Positions 17,377 to 28,000 are shown, counted from the stretch's first letter. The stretch is DNA of 62,412 nt from Chlamydiales bacterium (GCA_047611865.1 JBLFWS010000002.1:1-62412); one strand, 5' to 3'. A program made the numbers and translations. Notes: generated from the sequence alone by a model not told the origin.

Positions 17377-18597
17377 GTGAAAATTGAAGACAAGTTGCGA
17401 GATGTACAGAAAAAACTTGAAGAGGAGGGCTTAGATGGATGGCTACTCTATGATTTTCGCTGCAGTAACGATTTAGCTTTTGAATTTTTGGAGATACCTG
17501 CTGAAAAGTTTTTTACCAGGCGATTTTTCTATTGGATTCCCAGCAGAGGAAAACCTATAAAAATAGTTCACCGCATAGAATCCGAAAATTTAGATCACCT
17601 TCCTGGAGATAAATGGAGATATCTTGCATGGCAAGAATTGGAAAGTCATGTAGAGAAGGTCCTTAGCGGAGCAAAACGAATTGCGATGGAATACTCTCCA
17701 AGAAACGCCATTCCCTACGTTTCCAAAGTTGATGCTGGCACTATGGATATGGTTCGAGATTGTGGCGTCGAAGTAGTTAGTTCTGCTGATTTTTTACAAA
17801 TATATACCTCTGTGTGGGATAAGCATAAGTTGAAAACTCACCTTGAAGCAGCTGATGTTCTAGATCAAGTCGTAGCCAAATCCTGGGAACTTATTGCAAA
17901 AAAATTGAAAGGCGGACAAGAACTCACAGAATATGATGTTCAACAGTTTATTCTTTCGGAATTCGAGAAGCACAATTGTATAACGGAGGGGCCTCCTATT
18001 TGTGCTACCAACGAACACGCTGCAGATCCGCATTATATTCCTGCTTCAAATGGGTCAAGCTTGATAAAAGAAGGGGATTTTATCCTCATTGACCTTTGGT
18101 GTAAAAAGAATGTTCCTTACGCAACATATGGTGATATTACTCGTGTTGGTGTTGCTGCAAAATCGCCAACGGCAAGACAGCAGGAAATTTTTAGTATTGT
18201 AAAAGATGCAAGAGACTTTGGAACACAGCTTGTAAAAGAAAGGTTTGAGAGGCAAGAGCCTTTGATGGGTTGGGAAATAGATGCGGCCTGTCGTAAAGTT
18301 ATTGAAGATGCAGGCTATGGGGAGTATTTTATACATAGAACGGGGCACAATATTGATGTAAATGACCATGGGAATGGTGCTCATATTGATAATTTAGAAA
18401 CGCAAGATAAAAGGCGCATTCTTCTTGGCACATGCTTTTCGATCGAACCTGGTATCTATATTCCTGGAGAATTAGGAGTAAGACTTGAGTATGATGTTGT
18501 TGTTCATCATGATGGGACTGTACAGGTTACAGGAGGCATTCAAGAGTCTATAACCTGCATCATGACCTCAGAAGCTTACACAAGTGGAATTTCTTAA
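17377..18597 (+). CDS. M24 family Xaa-Pro aminopeptidase/dipeptidase
   Basis: 406 aa. The pita-bread-fold metal ligands lie in ILIDLW...GDITR...HRTGHNI...EPGIY...RLEYDV. GTG start with a GGGGGAGG Shine-Dalgarno sequence. Confidence 0.8.
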   Translation: MKIEDKLRDVQKKLEEEGLDGWLLYDFRCSNDLAFEFLEIPAEKFFTRRFFYWIPSRGKPIKIVHRIESENLDHLPGDKWRYLAWQELESHVEKVLSGAKRIAMEYSPRNAIPYVSKVDAGTMDMVRDCGVEVVSSADFLQIYTSVWDKHKLKTHLEAADVLDQVVAKSWELIAKKLKGGQELTEYDVQQFILSEFEKHNCITEGPPICATNEHAADPHYIPASNGSSLIKEGDFILIDLWCKKNVPYATYGDITRVGVAAKSPTARQQEIFSIVKDARDFGTQLVKERFERQEPLMGWEIDAACRKVIEDAGYGEYFIHRTGHNIDVNDHGNGAHIDNLETQDKRRILLGTCFSIEPGIYIPGELGVRLEYDVVVHHDGTVQVTGGIQESITCIMTSEAYTSGIS

Positions 18598-19835
18598 TGG
18601 CGAATGATCAGAGCGTTTCAAAACTTGACATAATTACGACATCTTTCCTGGTAGGAGGTACATGTATTGGTGGGGGGATGCTTGGACTTCCAGTAGGTTC
18701 CAGCTTGAGCGGATTCTTCCCATCAACATTGATGTTACTGGTTTGTTGGGTGTTCATGACGATTTCTGGTCTTCTCATTCTTGAGGTTAACCTCTGGATG
18801 GACAAGGGGGCTCATATCATCACGATGGCTTCAAAAATGCTTGGCCCATGGGGTAAAGGGTTCGCCTGGGTTCTCTATCTTTTTATTGGTTATGCTTCCC
18901 TAGTTGCTTATATGGCTGGCGGTGGGGGACAAATTAATCAATTGATGGAACTGGCTCTCGGCGCTCGGCCAGAGAAATGGATTGGTTGTCTTGTATTTGC
19001 AGTTGGGGCGGGATCAGTAATTTTTTTTGGTGGAAAGCTCGTTGGCCGGGTAAATACCATTTTATTTACCGCGATGATTGCTTCTTACGGTATATTAGTC
19101 TTTCTGGGAAGTTCTGAAATTAAGTTTGACCTTTTGGCAAGGAAAGACTGGGGCAGGTCCATGTTTTCTATCCCAATTCTTCTGACTGCATTCAGCTTTC
19201 AAACAATCGTACCCAGCCTTACTCCCGTTTTGAATGGGAATGCCAAATGGTTACGTTTTTCAATTGTTTTTGGTACGACCATATCTCTATGTGTCTATCT
19301 ATTATGGCAAGCTATTGTTCTGGGAACTGTCCCTATGGATGGGCCTCATGGTTTAGCAGAAGCTTATGTAGAAGGAAATCCGGCGACATGCTGCTTGGTA
19401 TATACGGCTGAAAGTGCCTGGTTATCGAGTATAGCGGGATTTTTTGCTTTCTTTGCTCTCGTTACGTCTTTTCTTGGGATTGCACTCGGACTCTTTGATT
19501 TTCTTGCTGATGGCTTGAAGATTGAAAAAAAAGGTTTGGGGAATGTAGCTCTAGGCTTATTGGTCGCGGTACCCTCCCTATATTTTGCCATCAGTTATTC
19601 TCGGGCATTTTTGGTAGCAATGGAAATTTCCGGAGGCTTTGGTGACGCAATCCTTAACGGCATAATGCCAGTTATGATGATATGGGTTGGTCGCTATCGG
19701 AAGGGATTACAATCTGAGTACCGATGTCCAGGAGGGAAACCTCTATTAGTACTTGTCTTCTTGTTCTATCTTTTTGTTTGTGGTTTGGAATTTTGGGAGC
19801 AGATTGGGGGGCTCCATTTCTATAGTGCAGACTAG
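18597..19835 (+). CDS. Aromatic amino acid (Tyr/Trp) permease, HAAAP family
   Basis: 412 aa with about 11 TM helices. The N-terminus GGTCIGGGMLGLP is typical of TyrP/Mtr/TnaB-type permeases. The start overlaps the previous stop (TAATG). Confidence 0.75.
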   Translation: MANDQSVSKLDIITTSFLVGGTCIGGGMLGLPVGSSLSGFFPSTLMLLVCWVFMTISGLLILEVNLWMDKGAHIITMASKMLGPWGKGFAWVLYLFIGYASLVAYMAGGGGQINQLMELALGARPEKWIGCLVFAVGAGSVIFFGGKLVGRVNTILFTAMIASYGILVFLGSSEIKFDLLARKDWGRSMFSIPILLTAFSFQTIVPSLTPVLNGNAKWLRFSIVFGTTISLCVYLLWQAIVLGTVPMDGPHGLAEAYVEGNPATCCLVYTAESAWLSSIAGFFAFFALVTSFLGIALGLFDFLADGLKIEKKGLGNVALGLLVAVPSLYFAISYSRAFLVAMEISGGFGDAILNGIMPVMMIWVGRYRKGLQSEYRCPGGKPLLVLVFLFYLFVCGLEFWEQIGGLHFYSAD

Positions 19836-19997
19836 AGATCAATCTTAAACTTGACAGAGTACTAGTTCTACGATCAAATTGAATCGCAGTACTAGGCCTG
19901 TTGCCAAGTCCGGCATATAATTACAACCTTTATATAATAAGCAATTTGTATTATAACAACTTACTACCTATTTAGAATCATTAAAATCAGGTGTATC

Positions 19998-20498
19998 ATG
20001 GGATTAGGATTAGCGATTAAGTGCTTTTTTAAGGCTTTTAAAGACTCTGAAGCAGCGAGAAGGTTTGTCTCTGGAGAAACAGAGAAAATATCTAAGAAAA
20101 ACGATGCCAAAGAAAAAGGGGATTACTCTCATTTACGACTCTTATATCTTCTACAGAATAGCGGCCGTTTTATCGATTTTCTGAAGGAGGATATCTCCCC
20201 ATTCTCTGATGTTCAAGTAGGCACGGTTGTAAGAAAAATTCATGAAGAATGCAGTAAGAGTCTAGAAGATTATATAACGATTAGACCGGTTTTTGAAGGG
20301 CAAGAAGGCAGCTCTGTTACTATCCCAAGCGGTTACGATCCTTCTGAAATTAAAATTGTAGGAAATGTTACTGGGAATACTCCCCTTAAGGGAATTCTCC
20401 GTCACAAAGGCTGGAAAGCTCACAAACTCTCTTTGCCACAGCAATTAGGAGAGAGCAAGCAAGAAGTCTTGGCACCTGCAGAAGTTGAAGTCCAGTAA
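19998..20498 (+). CDS. DUF2760-like protein
   Basis: 166 aa. LRLLYLLQNSGRFIDFLKEDISPFSD, GYDPSEIKIVGNV and the C-terminal LAPAEVEV match my recollection of the DUF2760 consensus. Confidence 0.65.
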   Translation: MGLGLAIKCFFKAFKDSEAARRFVSGETEKISKKNDAKEKGDYSHLRLLYLLQNSGRFIDFLKEDISPFSDVQVGTVVRKIHEECSKSLEDYITIRPVFEGQEGSSVTIPSGYDPSEIKIVGNVTGNTPLKGILRHKGWKAHKLSLPQQLGESKQEVLAPAEVEVQ

Positions 20499-20510
20499 AG
20501 AGGTAAAGTT

Positions 20511-22349
20511 ATGACAAAAGAAAAATATATTATTGGGATTGACCTGGGAACAACGAATTGTACTCTGGCTTATACCAAGCATGAAGAAGCTGCGCAGACA
20601 CAAGGTATGCCAGCCCCTGAAATTCATCAATTTTCTATACCGCAAGTAACTGCTTCCGGAGTTCAGGATGAAAATCTTACTCTCCCTTCCTTTGTCTACT
20701 TTCCTTTGGAAGAAGAGCTTTCCAAAAAGAATGCAGTAATAGCCTGGGGTCCCGAAAGACAGTTTTGTGTAGGGGGCTATGCTCGTGATAGAGGATCTGA
20801 GATGCATGGCAGAATGATTTCCTCTGCGAAATCGTGGCTTTGCCATGACGGGATTGACAGGCGGGAGAAAAACCTTCCTGTAGATGGTGAATCAGAAAAA
20901 ATGAGCGCAGTGGAAGCTTCTGCTGAATACCTTAGGCATCTCAGAGAAGCTTGGGATCAGGAAAAAGTTGAGGCTCCTTTTAAGGAACAGAGCATTTTAA
21001 TTACAGTCCCAGCCTCGTTTGATCCAGCTGCAAGACAGTTGGTACTCGAAGCTGCTACATTGGCAGAATACCCAGAGGTTATCCTCTTAGAGGAGCCGCA
21101 AGCGGCATTTTACTCTTGGTTACACAAGAATAGTGAGACTTGGCGTAAGCAACTTTCTGTGGGCGATCACATATTAGTGGTAGATATTGGAGGGGGAACA
21201 ACGGACTTTAGTCTTATCGCTGCAAAAGACAAAGACGGTGACTTACAACTTGAAAGGGTTTCTGTGGGTTCTCATCTCCTACTTGGAGGAGATAATATGG
21301 ATTTGGCCATGGCTCACATGGTCAAGCAAAAATTGGAAAAAGAAGGGCATTCTATTGATGACTGGCAACTAAGAGAGCTTGTTCATGCCTCCAGGAAAGC
21401 GAAAGAAGTATTAATGGGGGGAGATTCGCTTGAAAGTATAGAGATGACAATACAAGGAAGAGGGAGTAGCTTAATTGGTGGGGCAATAGCTTGCCACATT
21501 ACCAGTACAGAAGTGAAAAAGCTTCTTGTTGATGGATTTTTCCCTTTAGTAGACCCAGAGGAGCAGTCTCAGTCACAGAGAAGGTCAGGCATCCGAGGTT
21601 TAGGCCTGCCATATGCTCAAGATCCTCGGGTATCTTGTCAGTTGGCCAAGTTTTTATCTATGACTGGTGAAAAGGATGGGCAATCAATGGATTCCTTTGT
21701 GATGCCGACCGCTGTTTTGTTCAATGGTGGGGTAATGAAGGCTGAGGCCTTGCAAGAAAGGATTGTAACTTTGCTGAATAGTTGGGCCAAAAAGCTCAAA
21801 AAGGAAGCAGTAAAGGTCTTGGAAGGCCCTGATTTTGACTATTCTGTTGGTAGAGGAGCGGCCAGTTACGGATTGGCCCGTAAGGGAAGTGCTGTCCGTA
21901 TTAAAAGTGGTTCTAGTCGCAATTACTATATAGGTATAGAAGAGGCAATTCCCGCCATTCCCGGACTGGCAGCTCCTCTTAAGGCTTTATGTGTAGTACC
22001 TTTCGGTATGGAGGAGGGTACGGAGCTTGAAATTGAAGGTCAGGAGTTTGCTTTGGTACTTGGGGAGCCGGCAACTTTCCGTTTTTTCTCAAAGTCACCT
22101 GATTTTTCAAAGGGAGAGGAAAGGAGCGTTCCTGGGTCAATAGTTAGAAATTGGGAAAGTGATCTCGAAGAGCTTCATCCAATTGAAACAGTGCTTGACC
22201 AAGGAGCTGATGAGGGGAAAACAGTTAGAATAAAGCTAAAAGCTAAGGTTACAGAATTGGGAGTTCTAGAACTTTGGTGCTTTTCTGAACAGGGAAGAGA
22301 GTGGAAGTTAGAATTCGATATACGTAAAGAAGAAGTCGCTTTACAATAG
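20511..22349 (+). CDS. Atypical Hsp70-family (actin-fold ATPase) protein, not DnaK
   Basis: 612 aa with IGIDLGTTNCTLAY (phosphate-1) and VVDIGGGTTDFSLI (phosphate-2). The C-terminal half does not resemble the DnaK substrate-binding domain or lid. It starts 12 nt after the DUF2760-like ORF. Confidence 0.75.
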   Translation: MTKEKYIIGIDLGTTNCTLAYTKHEEAAQTQGMPAPEIHQFSIPQVTASGVQDENLTLPSFVYFPLEEELSKKNAVIAWGPERQFCVGGYARDRGSEMHGRMISSAKSWLCHDGIDRREKNLPVDGESEKMSAVEASAEYLRHLREAWDQEKVEAPFKEQSILITVPASFDPAARQLVLEAATLAEYPEVILLEEPQAAFYSWLHKNSETWRKQLSVGDHILVVDIGGGTTDFSLIAAKDKDGDLQLERVSVGSHLLLGGDNMDLAMAHMVKQKLEKEGHSIDDWQLRELVHASRKAKEVLMGGDSLESIEMTIQGRGSSLIGGAIACHITSTEVKKLLVDGFFPLVDPEEQSQSQRRSGIRGLGLPYAQDPRVSCQLAKFLSMTGEKDGQSMDSFVMPTAVLFNGGVMKAEALQERIVTLLNSWAKKLKKEAVKVLEGPDFDYSVGRGAASYGLARKGSAVRIKSGSSRNYYIGIEEAIPAIPGLAAPLKALCVVPFGMEEGTELEIEGQEFALVLGEPATFRFFSKSPDFSKGEERSVPGSIVRNWESDLEELHPIETVLDQGADEGKTVRIKLKAKVTELGVLELWCFSEQGREWKLEFDIRKEEVALQ

Positions 22350-22457
22350 TTTAAATTTTAATAGCTTAAGTGAAAAAGTAAACTTTTTTTGGCAGATATA
22401 CCAATCTCTAAATCAAAATTCACAAATTTGATAGGAGGTTGGTATATATCATTTAGT

Positions 22458-22919
22458 TTAACTTGCAGAAAGAAAAGATTTTATCGCATCCTGTTTCATA
22501 CGAAGATGAAGGCTAGAGAGGCCGTTAGATCGGCTTGGACTTAAGCTCGTGTGAATAGAAAGGTCATTTAAGTAGTCTGGGGGGGATTTTAAAACGGTTT
22601 CGGGCTTTTCTCCACTGTAGACCTTGGTTAAGAGCACAGCAAGTCCTGAGGAGATTAAAGCGTCAGAGTAGGATTCAAAATATATCCGGCCATCCTTAAG
22701 GTAGGAATGTAAATACATTAAGCTCTGGCATCCTTTGACAAGATTTTCTTCTATTTTATGTTCCGCGGTAAAAGAAACTTGTTCTTTACCAAGTTCAATT
22801 ATTTTCTTATAGCGTGACTCGGAATTCTCACAGGAAGAAAAAAAACTCATGATTTCAGTAATTTTCAAATTATAACTTCTATTTTCTGTATGTTTAGTCA
22901 ACACTAGTCGAAACTCCAT
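22458..22919 (-). CDS. sufE: SufE/CsdE-like sulfur acceptor protein
   Basis: RYKKIIELGK...VKGCQSLMYLH shows the conserved Cys context. The true start may be the internal ATG at 22850, which would give 130 aa. Confidence 0.7.
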   Translation of the reverse strand: MEFRLVLTKHTENRSYNLKITEIMSFFSSCENSESRYKKIIELGKEQVSFTAEHKIEENLVKGCQSLMYLHSYLKDGRIYFESYSDALISSGLAVLLTKVYSGEKPETVLKSPPDYLNDLSIHTSLSPSRSNGLSSLHLRMKQDAIKSFLSAS

Positions 22920-23198
22920 TCAGGTTATAAAAAACAGTAAGTAAACATATTCTAACAGAATTAGAAAAAAAATGGAAGAAGAGGTGGGAAAACGTTGACA
23001 ATAATTTGCTTATTTGTGTTTTATTAGAGCGCTAACTTTAGTATTTCTTATCGAAATTAACACAAGAGTAGAAGAAAAAGTAAGCCTGCAAGAACAAAAT
23101 TTCAACTTTTGTATGCAGAAAACAGCGTTGAGTCAAGATTTATGACCAATACGAGCTGTCAGCAAGGGAAATGGAACCCGTAAATGATATAAGGAATT

Positions 23199-23417
23199 AT
23201 GGCCAAAGAAGACACGTTAAAAATAGACGGGACTGTAGAAGAGTTACTACCTAACATGACTTTTAGAGTACTCCTGGAAAACGGAATGAGCGTTCATGCA
23301 CACCTTTGCGGAAAAATGCGCATGCGTAACATACGGGTTCTTGTAGGTGATGTTGTAACGGTTGAAATGTCACCATACGACTTATCAAAGGCTCGAATTG
23401 TATATCGGCAAAGATAA
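23199..23417 (+). CDS. infA: Translation initiation factor IF-1
   Basis: 72 aa. [24 protein letters not shown]...[23 protein letters not shown] is a canonical IF-1 sequence. Confidence 0.95.
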   Translation: MAKEDTLKIDGTVEELLPNMTFRVLLENGMSVHAHLCGKMRMRNIRVLVGDVVTVEMSPYDLSKARIVYRQR

Positions 23418-23518
23418 TTTCTCCGCAAAAGTTATATTTTCCGTTGATTTTTTTGGAGAGTCCAGCTAAAATTGGCTCCTCTTCCATTAGAAGTGAATGA
23501 TTTACAAGAAGTGTATTC

Positions 23519-23590
23519 GCCCAGATAGCTCAGGGGTAGAGCAATTGCATGGTAAGCAATAGGTCGTAGGTTCGATTCCTATTCTGGGCA
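23519..23590 (+). tRNA. tRNA-Thr (GGU)
   Basis: 72-nt cloverleaf: GCCCAGA/TCTGGGC acceptor, anticodon arm ATTGC-ATGGTAA-GCAAT, T loop TTCGATT. It sits immediately upstream of tuf, as in other chlamydiae. Confidence 0.9.
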
Positions 23591-23650
23591 AATCATTAAA
23601 AAGAAAACCTATATTAAACTACTTGTTCGGCGCCCACGGAGGTTGCGAAA

Positions 23651-24835
23651 ATGGCTAAAGAAAAATTTCAGAGGAACAAACCTCACGTAAACATCGGTAC
23701 TATTGGTCACGTTGACCATGGTAAGACGACATTGACAGCAGCGATTACTAAAGTTTTGTGTGAAGCTGGCGGTGGTAGTTTTCGTGATTATGCATCTATC
23801 GATAATACCCCAGAAGAAAAAGCTCGTGGGATCACCATCAACTCATCGCATGTTGAGTATGAAACAGAAACTCGTCATTACGCACACGTTGACTGTCCTG
23901 GACACGCCGATTACGTTAAAAACATGATCACTGGTGCTGCTCAAATGGATGGAGCTATCCTCGTTGTAGCTGCTACTGATGGTGCTATGCCTCAGACAAG
24001 AGAACACGTTCTTCTTGCTCACCAGGTCAACGTTCCTTCTATCGTTGTATTCCTTAACAAGTGTGACCAGCTCTCAGAAGATGATGAAGAGCTTCTTGAG
24101 CTAGTTGAGATGGAACTGGGTGAACTTCTAGAGTCTAAAGAGTATATGGATACACCAGTTATCCGTGGATCAGCACTTAAAGCTCTTGAAGGCGACGAGA
24201 AATACATTGCTGCAATCAAAGAATTGATGAAAACAGTTGATGAGCATGTGAAAGAGCCTACACGTGAAGTTGACAAGCCTTTCCTAATGCCTATCGAAGA
24301 CGTATTCTCTATTTCCGGTCGCGGTACTGTTGTAACAGGTCGTGTGGAAAGAGGAATCGTTAGAATTAACGATAAAATTCAGATTGTTGGTCTTAAAGAT
24401 ACTCAAGAATCTGTTGCGACAGGTCTTGAAATGTTCAACAAGCTTCTTGACGAAGCACGCGCTGGTGAGAACGTTGGTGTTCTTCTTCGTGGTGTTGGTA
24501 AAGATGACGTACAACGTGGAATGGTTTTAGCTGCTCCTGGTGCCGTTAAGCCACACACGAAGTTTATGGGAACTACATACATCCTGACAAAAGACGAAGG
24601 TGGCCGTCATAAGCCTTTCTTCACAGGTTATAGACCTCAGTTCTACTTCCGTACAACGGACGTGACTGGAACTGTAACGCTTCCTGAAGGTACAGAAATG
24701 GTTATGCCTGGTGATAACATTGAGCTTACAGGTGAGCTATTAGTACCTATCGCTATGGAAGAAGGTATGCAGTTTGCGATTCGTGAAGGTGGACATACCA
24801 TCGGTGCGGGAACGGTAACAAAAATTATCGCGTAA
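23651..24835 (+). CDS. tuf: Elongation factor Tu
   Basis: 394 aa with [18 protein letters not shown] and NKCD GTPase motifs. Confidence 0.98.
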   Translation: MAKEKFQRNKPHVNIGTIGHVDHGKTTLTAAITKVLCEAGGGSFRDYASIDNTPEEKARGITINSSHVEYETETRHYAHVDCPGHADYVKNMITGAAQMDGAILVVAATDGAMPQTREHVLLAHQVNVPSIVVFLNKCDQLSEDDEELLELVEMELGELLESKEYMDTPVIRGSALKALEGDEKYIAAIKELMKTVDEHVKEPTREVDKPFLMPIEDVFSISGRGTVVTGRVERGIVRINDKIQIVGLKDTQESVATGLEMFNKLLDEARAGENVGVLLRGVGKDDVQRGMVLAAPGAVKPHTKFMGTTYILTKDEGGRHKPFFTGYRPQFYFRTTDVTGTVTLPEGTEMVMPGDNIELTGELLVPIAMEEGMQFAIREGGHTIGAGTVTKIIA

Positions 24836-24852
24836 ATCTGAATATGCGTTGC

Positions 24853-24887
24853 AAGAACGCAGGCACACTAAGTGTACCTGCGTTCTT
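24853..24887 (+). terminator. Stem-loop between tuf and tRNA-Trp (partial terminator or processing site)
   Basis: AAGAACGCAGG (24853-24863) pairs with CCTGCGTTCTT (24877-24887), with an inner ACACT/AGTGT extension. Only a short T run follows. Confidence 0.45.
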
Positions 24888-24892
24888 TAGTG

Positions 24893-24965
24893 GGGAGTAT
24901 AGCTCAGCTGGTAGAGCAACGGTCTCCAAAGCCGTAGGTCGGGGGTTCAAATCCCTCTGCTCTCG
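24893..24965 (+). tRNA. tRNA-Trp (CCA)
   Basis: 73-nt cloverleaf: anticodon arm ACGGT-CTCCAAA-GCCGT, T loop TTCAAAT. The acceptor stem has two G-U pairs. Confidence 0.85.
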
Positions 24966-25013
24966 TTTTGGAATAGAAAGTAACCTGATTAGGCTGGGGA
25001 GCTCGGCAAAAAG

Positions 25014-25274
25014 GTGACAGCAAAAGTGCACGGCAAGAAAGAACAAGCGAACCTGAATACAGGATCCATCGGAAAAAAGTCTTTTAACTTCGTTGGCGAA
25101 GTTAAGACTGAATTTAAAAAGATAAGTTGGACCGGGAAAGAAGAACTACAAGTTTACACGAAAGTAGTTGTCTTGGCGACGATAGCATTTGGAATGTTAG
25201 TCTTTTTTGCTGATTTAGCAATAAAGAATTCTCTTGAAGCAATCAATATTATTTTGAGGGTTTTTAGTGGCTGA
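25014..25274 (+). CDS. secE: Preprotein translocase subunit SecE
   Basis: 86 aa. VGEVKTEFKKISW...E followed by a single TM helix (VVVLATIAFGMLVFFADLAI). It occupies the conserved position upstream of nusG. The start codon is uncertain. Confidence 0.85.
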   Translation: MTAKVHGKKEQANLNTGSIGKKSFNFVGEVKTEFKKISWTGKEELQVYTKVVVLATIAFGMLVFFADLAIKNSLEAINIILRVFSG

Positions 25275-25848
25275 TGAAATGAAAACTGATCGAGGAAGCA
25301 TGCATAAGTGGTATGTGGTACATGTTCTATCTACTCACGAGAAGAAGGTAAAAAGAGCCCTCGATGAGTTTAGGGAGTCTACAGGTATGAATGACTTCAT
25401 CGGTGAAGTTCTCGTTCCTATCGAGAATGTCCTTGAGGTCAAACGTGGTGAACAGAAGGTTACAGAAAAACGTCTGTGGCCTGGTTATATAATGGTACAA
25501 ATGACCCTGACAGATGAATCCTGGATGTTTGTAAAGAACACCAGTGGAGTCATCGATTTTCTAGGTGGAGATAAGCCAGCACCACTTTCCAATGAGGAAG
25601 TAGAGGCTCTTATGGAGGACCTAGCGAGTAAGAAAGATAAGGTTACACAAAAGCATTTGTTCCAGGTTGGAGATACAATTAAAATTGTTGACGGCGTGTT
25701 TGTTAATTTCGTTGGAGATGTCATTGAAGTATTCAGCGATAAGGGTCAATTGAGTGCGATGATATCGATTTTCGGTCGCGAAACACGAGTCGATGACTTG
25801 GAGTTCTGGCAGGTAGAAGCAGTACAGCCGGACACAGAAGAAGTCTGA
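25267..25848 (+). CDS. nusG: Transcription termination/antitermination factor NusG
   Basis: KWYVVHVLSTHEKKV is the NGN domain and the C-terminal FQVGDTIKIVDGVF is the KOW motif. An alternative start is ATG at 25279. Confidence 0.92.
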   Translation: MADEMKTDRGSMHKWYVVHVLSTHEKKVKRALDEFRESTGMNDFIGEVLVPIENVLEVKRGEQKVTEKRLWPGYIMVQMTLTDESWMFVKNTSGVIDFLGGDKPAPLSNEEVEALMEDLASKKDKVTQKHLFQVGDTIKIVDGVFVNFVGDVIEVFSDKGQLSAMISIFGRETRVDDLEFWQVEAVQPDTEEV

Positions 25849-25875
25849 AAAGAATGAAGTAAGGAAGCAGAAATT

Positions 25876-26310
25876 ATGGCAAAGAAAAAAGTAATCCAAA
25901 AGATCATTAAGCTGCAAATTTCAGCTGGAAAGGCAAACCCTGCTCCTCCAATTGGTCCTGCATTGGGTGCTGCTGGCGTAAACATCATGGGATTCTGTAA
26001 AGAATTCAATGCCAGAACCCAGGATAAAGCAGGTGACATCCTACCAGTTGTCATAACAGTTTATAAAGACAAATCGTTTACCTTTATCACTAAGCAACCA
26101 CCTGTTCCAGAGCTTATCAAAAAAGCTGTTGGAATTAAATCAGGTTCAGGTGTGCCAAACCGTGATAAAGTAGGTAAGCTTACTCTTTCTCAAGCTAAAG
26201 ATATTGCTGAAAGAAAAGCTACAGATATGAATTCGCGTACAGTAGAAGCTGGCGTTGAAATGGTTAAAGGAACTGCCCGCTCAATGGGTGTAGATATCGT
26301 AGAAGGTTAA
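25876..26310 (+). CDS. rplK: 50S ribosomal protein L11
   Basis: 144 aa with [20 protein letters not shown], canonical for L11. Confidence 0.97.
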   Translation: MAKKKVIQKIIKLQISAGKANPAPPIGPALGAAGVNIMGFCKEFNARTQDKAGDILPVVITVYKDKSFTFITKQPPVPELIKKAVGIKSGSGVPNRDKVGKLTLSQAKDIAERKATDMNSRTVEAGVEMVKGTARSMGVDIVEG

Positions 26311-26317
26311 AATCATT

Positions 26318-27025
26318 ATGGGTCGTAATAGTAAAAGATTTCGGGAGATTGCGGATCTTTGCGTAGAGGGAAAGCTCTACACAATTGAGGAAGCAGTCGA
26401 AGTATTAAAGAAATGTCCCCCAGTTAAGTTTGATCAAACTGTGGATCTTTCTTTAAGGTTAGGTGTCGACCCTCGTAAAGCTGATCAGCAGGTGAGAGGT
26501 ACTGTGTCATTACCGAATGGTACAGGTAAAACAATATCAGTCCTCGTTCTCTCAAAAGGAGAAAAAGCCGAAGAAGCGCTAAAAGCTGGTGCTGATTACG
26601 TAGGTAACGAAGAGTTAATCGCTAAGATTAAAGGTGGATGGACAGACTTTGACTGTGTCATCGCTACACCTGATATGATGCGCGAAGTAGGAAAACTGGG
26701 TAAGATCCTAGGACCTCGTGGACTCATGCCGACACCAAAAGCTGGAACTGTAACAACGGATGTTGTGAAAGCTGTCACTGAGATTAAGGCTGGTAAAGTC
26801 GAATTCAAAGTTGATAAAAATTCAGGTATCCACAATGCAGTTGGAAAACTTTCCTTTGAATCAGGAAAAGTAGTTGAAAACATCCAGACGCTTTTGCAGG
26901 CCATCGTTCGAGCAAAACCCTCCGGAGCGAAAGGAATATTCATTAAAAGCTTGGCACTCTCATCAACAATGGGACCAGGTCTTAGGCTTGAATTGTCTGA
27001 AGCAGCGGGAAGCAAGGAGCGATAA
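26318..27025 (+). CDS. rplA: 50S ribosomal protein L1
   Basis: 235 aa with [24 protein letters not shown] and [15 protein letters not shown]. Confidence 0.97.
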   Translation: MGRNSKRFREIADLCVEGKLYTIEEAVEVLKKCPPVKFDQTVDLSLRLGVDPRKADQQVRGTVSLPNGTGKTISVLVLSKGEKAEEALKAGADYVGNEELIAKIKGGWTDFDCVIATPDMMREVGKLGKILGPRGLMPTPKAGTVTTDVVKAVTEIKAGKVEFKVDKNSGIHNAVGKLSFESGKVVENIQTLLQAIVRAKPSGAKGIFIKSLALSSTMGPGLRLELSEAAGSKER

Positions 27026-27550
27026 ATGAGAGCAGAGAAACAACTTCTTCTTGATGAAATTCAGGAAAAAATTGAGGGCTTCGGTTCCTTCATCATCACT
27101 CGTTATGAGGGACTCAACGCTGGCATAGATAGTCAGTTTAGAGGACTGGTAGCAAAGTCTGGCGGTGACTATGAAGTAGTAAGGAAGAGAATATTTCTTA
27201 AAGCATTATCTGCTAAAGGAGTAAACCTCGATCCAAAAACTCTGCAAGGACACATCGGAGTAGTCTTCACTGGTGAAGATGCGATAGAAACTACTCAGGT
27301 TGTTTTTAAATTCGGAAAAGATAATCCGGGTGTTTTTTCAGTAGTCGGTGGACAAATTGATGGTACCTTGTATGACGCTGATCAAGTTGAGCGGCTATCA
27401 CAATTGCCAGGAAAAGATGAAATGCGTGCACAATTCCTCGGATTGCTTGAGGCTCCAATGTCTCAAACTCTGGCAGTTATGGAAGCTCTATTGACGAGCC
27501 TCCCGCACCTTTTGGAAAACAAAGTCCAAAAAGAACAAGGTAACGAGTAA
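27026..27550 (+). CDS. rplJ: 50S ribosomal protein L10
   Basis: 174 aa. The call rests on its position between rplA and rplL and an L10-like sequence. Confidence 0.9.
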   Translation: MRAEKQLLLDEIQEKIEGFGSFIITRYEGLNAGIDSQFRGLVAKSGGDYEVVRKRIFLKALSAKGVNLDPKTLQGHIGVVFTGEDAIETTQVVFKFGKDNPGVFSVVGGQIDGTLYDADQVERLSQLPGKDEMRAQFLGLLEAPMSQTLAVMEALLTSLPHLLENKVQKEQGNE

Positions 27551-27594
27551 AAAAAATTAATTGATTTAGATGTTGAATACAGTGAGGTAAAGCC

Positions 27595-27975
27595 GTGAAT
27601 AAAGAAGCGCTTGTAGAAGAATTGAGTAAATTGACTGTCCTAGAGATGTCTGAACTCAAAGTCGCATTAGAAGATAAGTGGGGCGTAAAAGCTGCTGCTG
27701 CTGCTGTAGCTTTTGCTGCACCAGTTGCTGAAGCTGCAGAAGCAGTTGAAGAGTCTACTGAATTTGAAGTAACTCTTGCTGAATATCCTGCTCCTAAAAA
27801 AATCGCCGTGATTAAGATCGTGAGAGAAGTTACTGGCCTTGGACTTAAAGAAGCTAAAGAACTTGTGGAAAGTGCTCCAAAAGTGATTAAAGAAAGCGTT
27901 TCTAAGACCGAAGCTGACGAACTTCAGAAGAAGCTCGAAGATACGGGTGCTAAAGTAACCGTTAAGGGTCTGTAA
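27595..27975 (+). CDS. rplL: 50S ribosomal protein L7/L12
   Basis: 126 aa with [19 protein letters not shown], an Ala-rich hinge and the C-terminal domain [20 protein letters not shown]. Confidence 0.97.
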   Translation: MNKEALVEELSKLTVLEMSELKVALEDKWGVKAAAAAVAFAAPVAEAAEAVEESTEFEVTLAEYPAPKKIAVIKIVREVTGLGLKEAKELVESAPKVIKESVSKTEADELQKKLEDTGAKVTVKGL

Positions 27976-28000
27976 TCGCGAAGGTTTGCGCGAGATAGTA

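Noticed and set aside
20470-20486. TGGCAC motif suggestive of a sigma-54 promoter upstream of the Hsp70-like gene
   Set aside because: The required TTGC(A/T) element at the correct 5-nt spacing is absent. The motif lies within the DUF2760-like coding sequence.
22395-22450. Imperfect hairpin (ATATACCAA...TTGGTATAT) between the convergent Hsp70-like and sufE genes, possibly another family-A derivative
   Set aside because: Only a 9-bp stem and a weak inner pairing are present. Similarity to family A is limited to TATACCAA. It may be a simple bidirectional terminator, so it was not listed as a feature.
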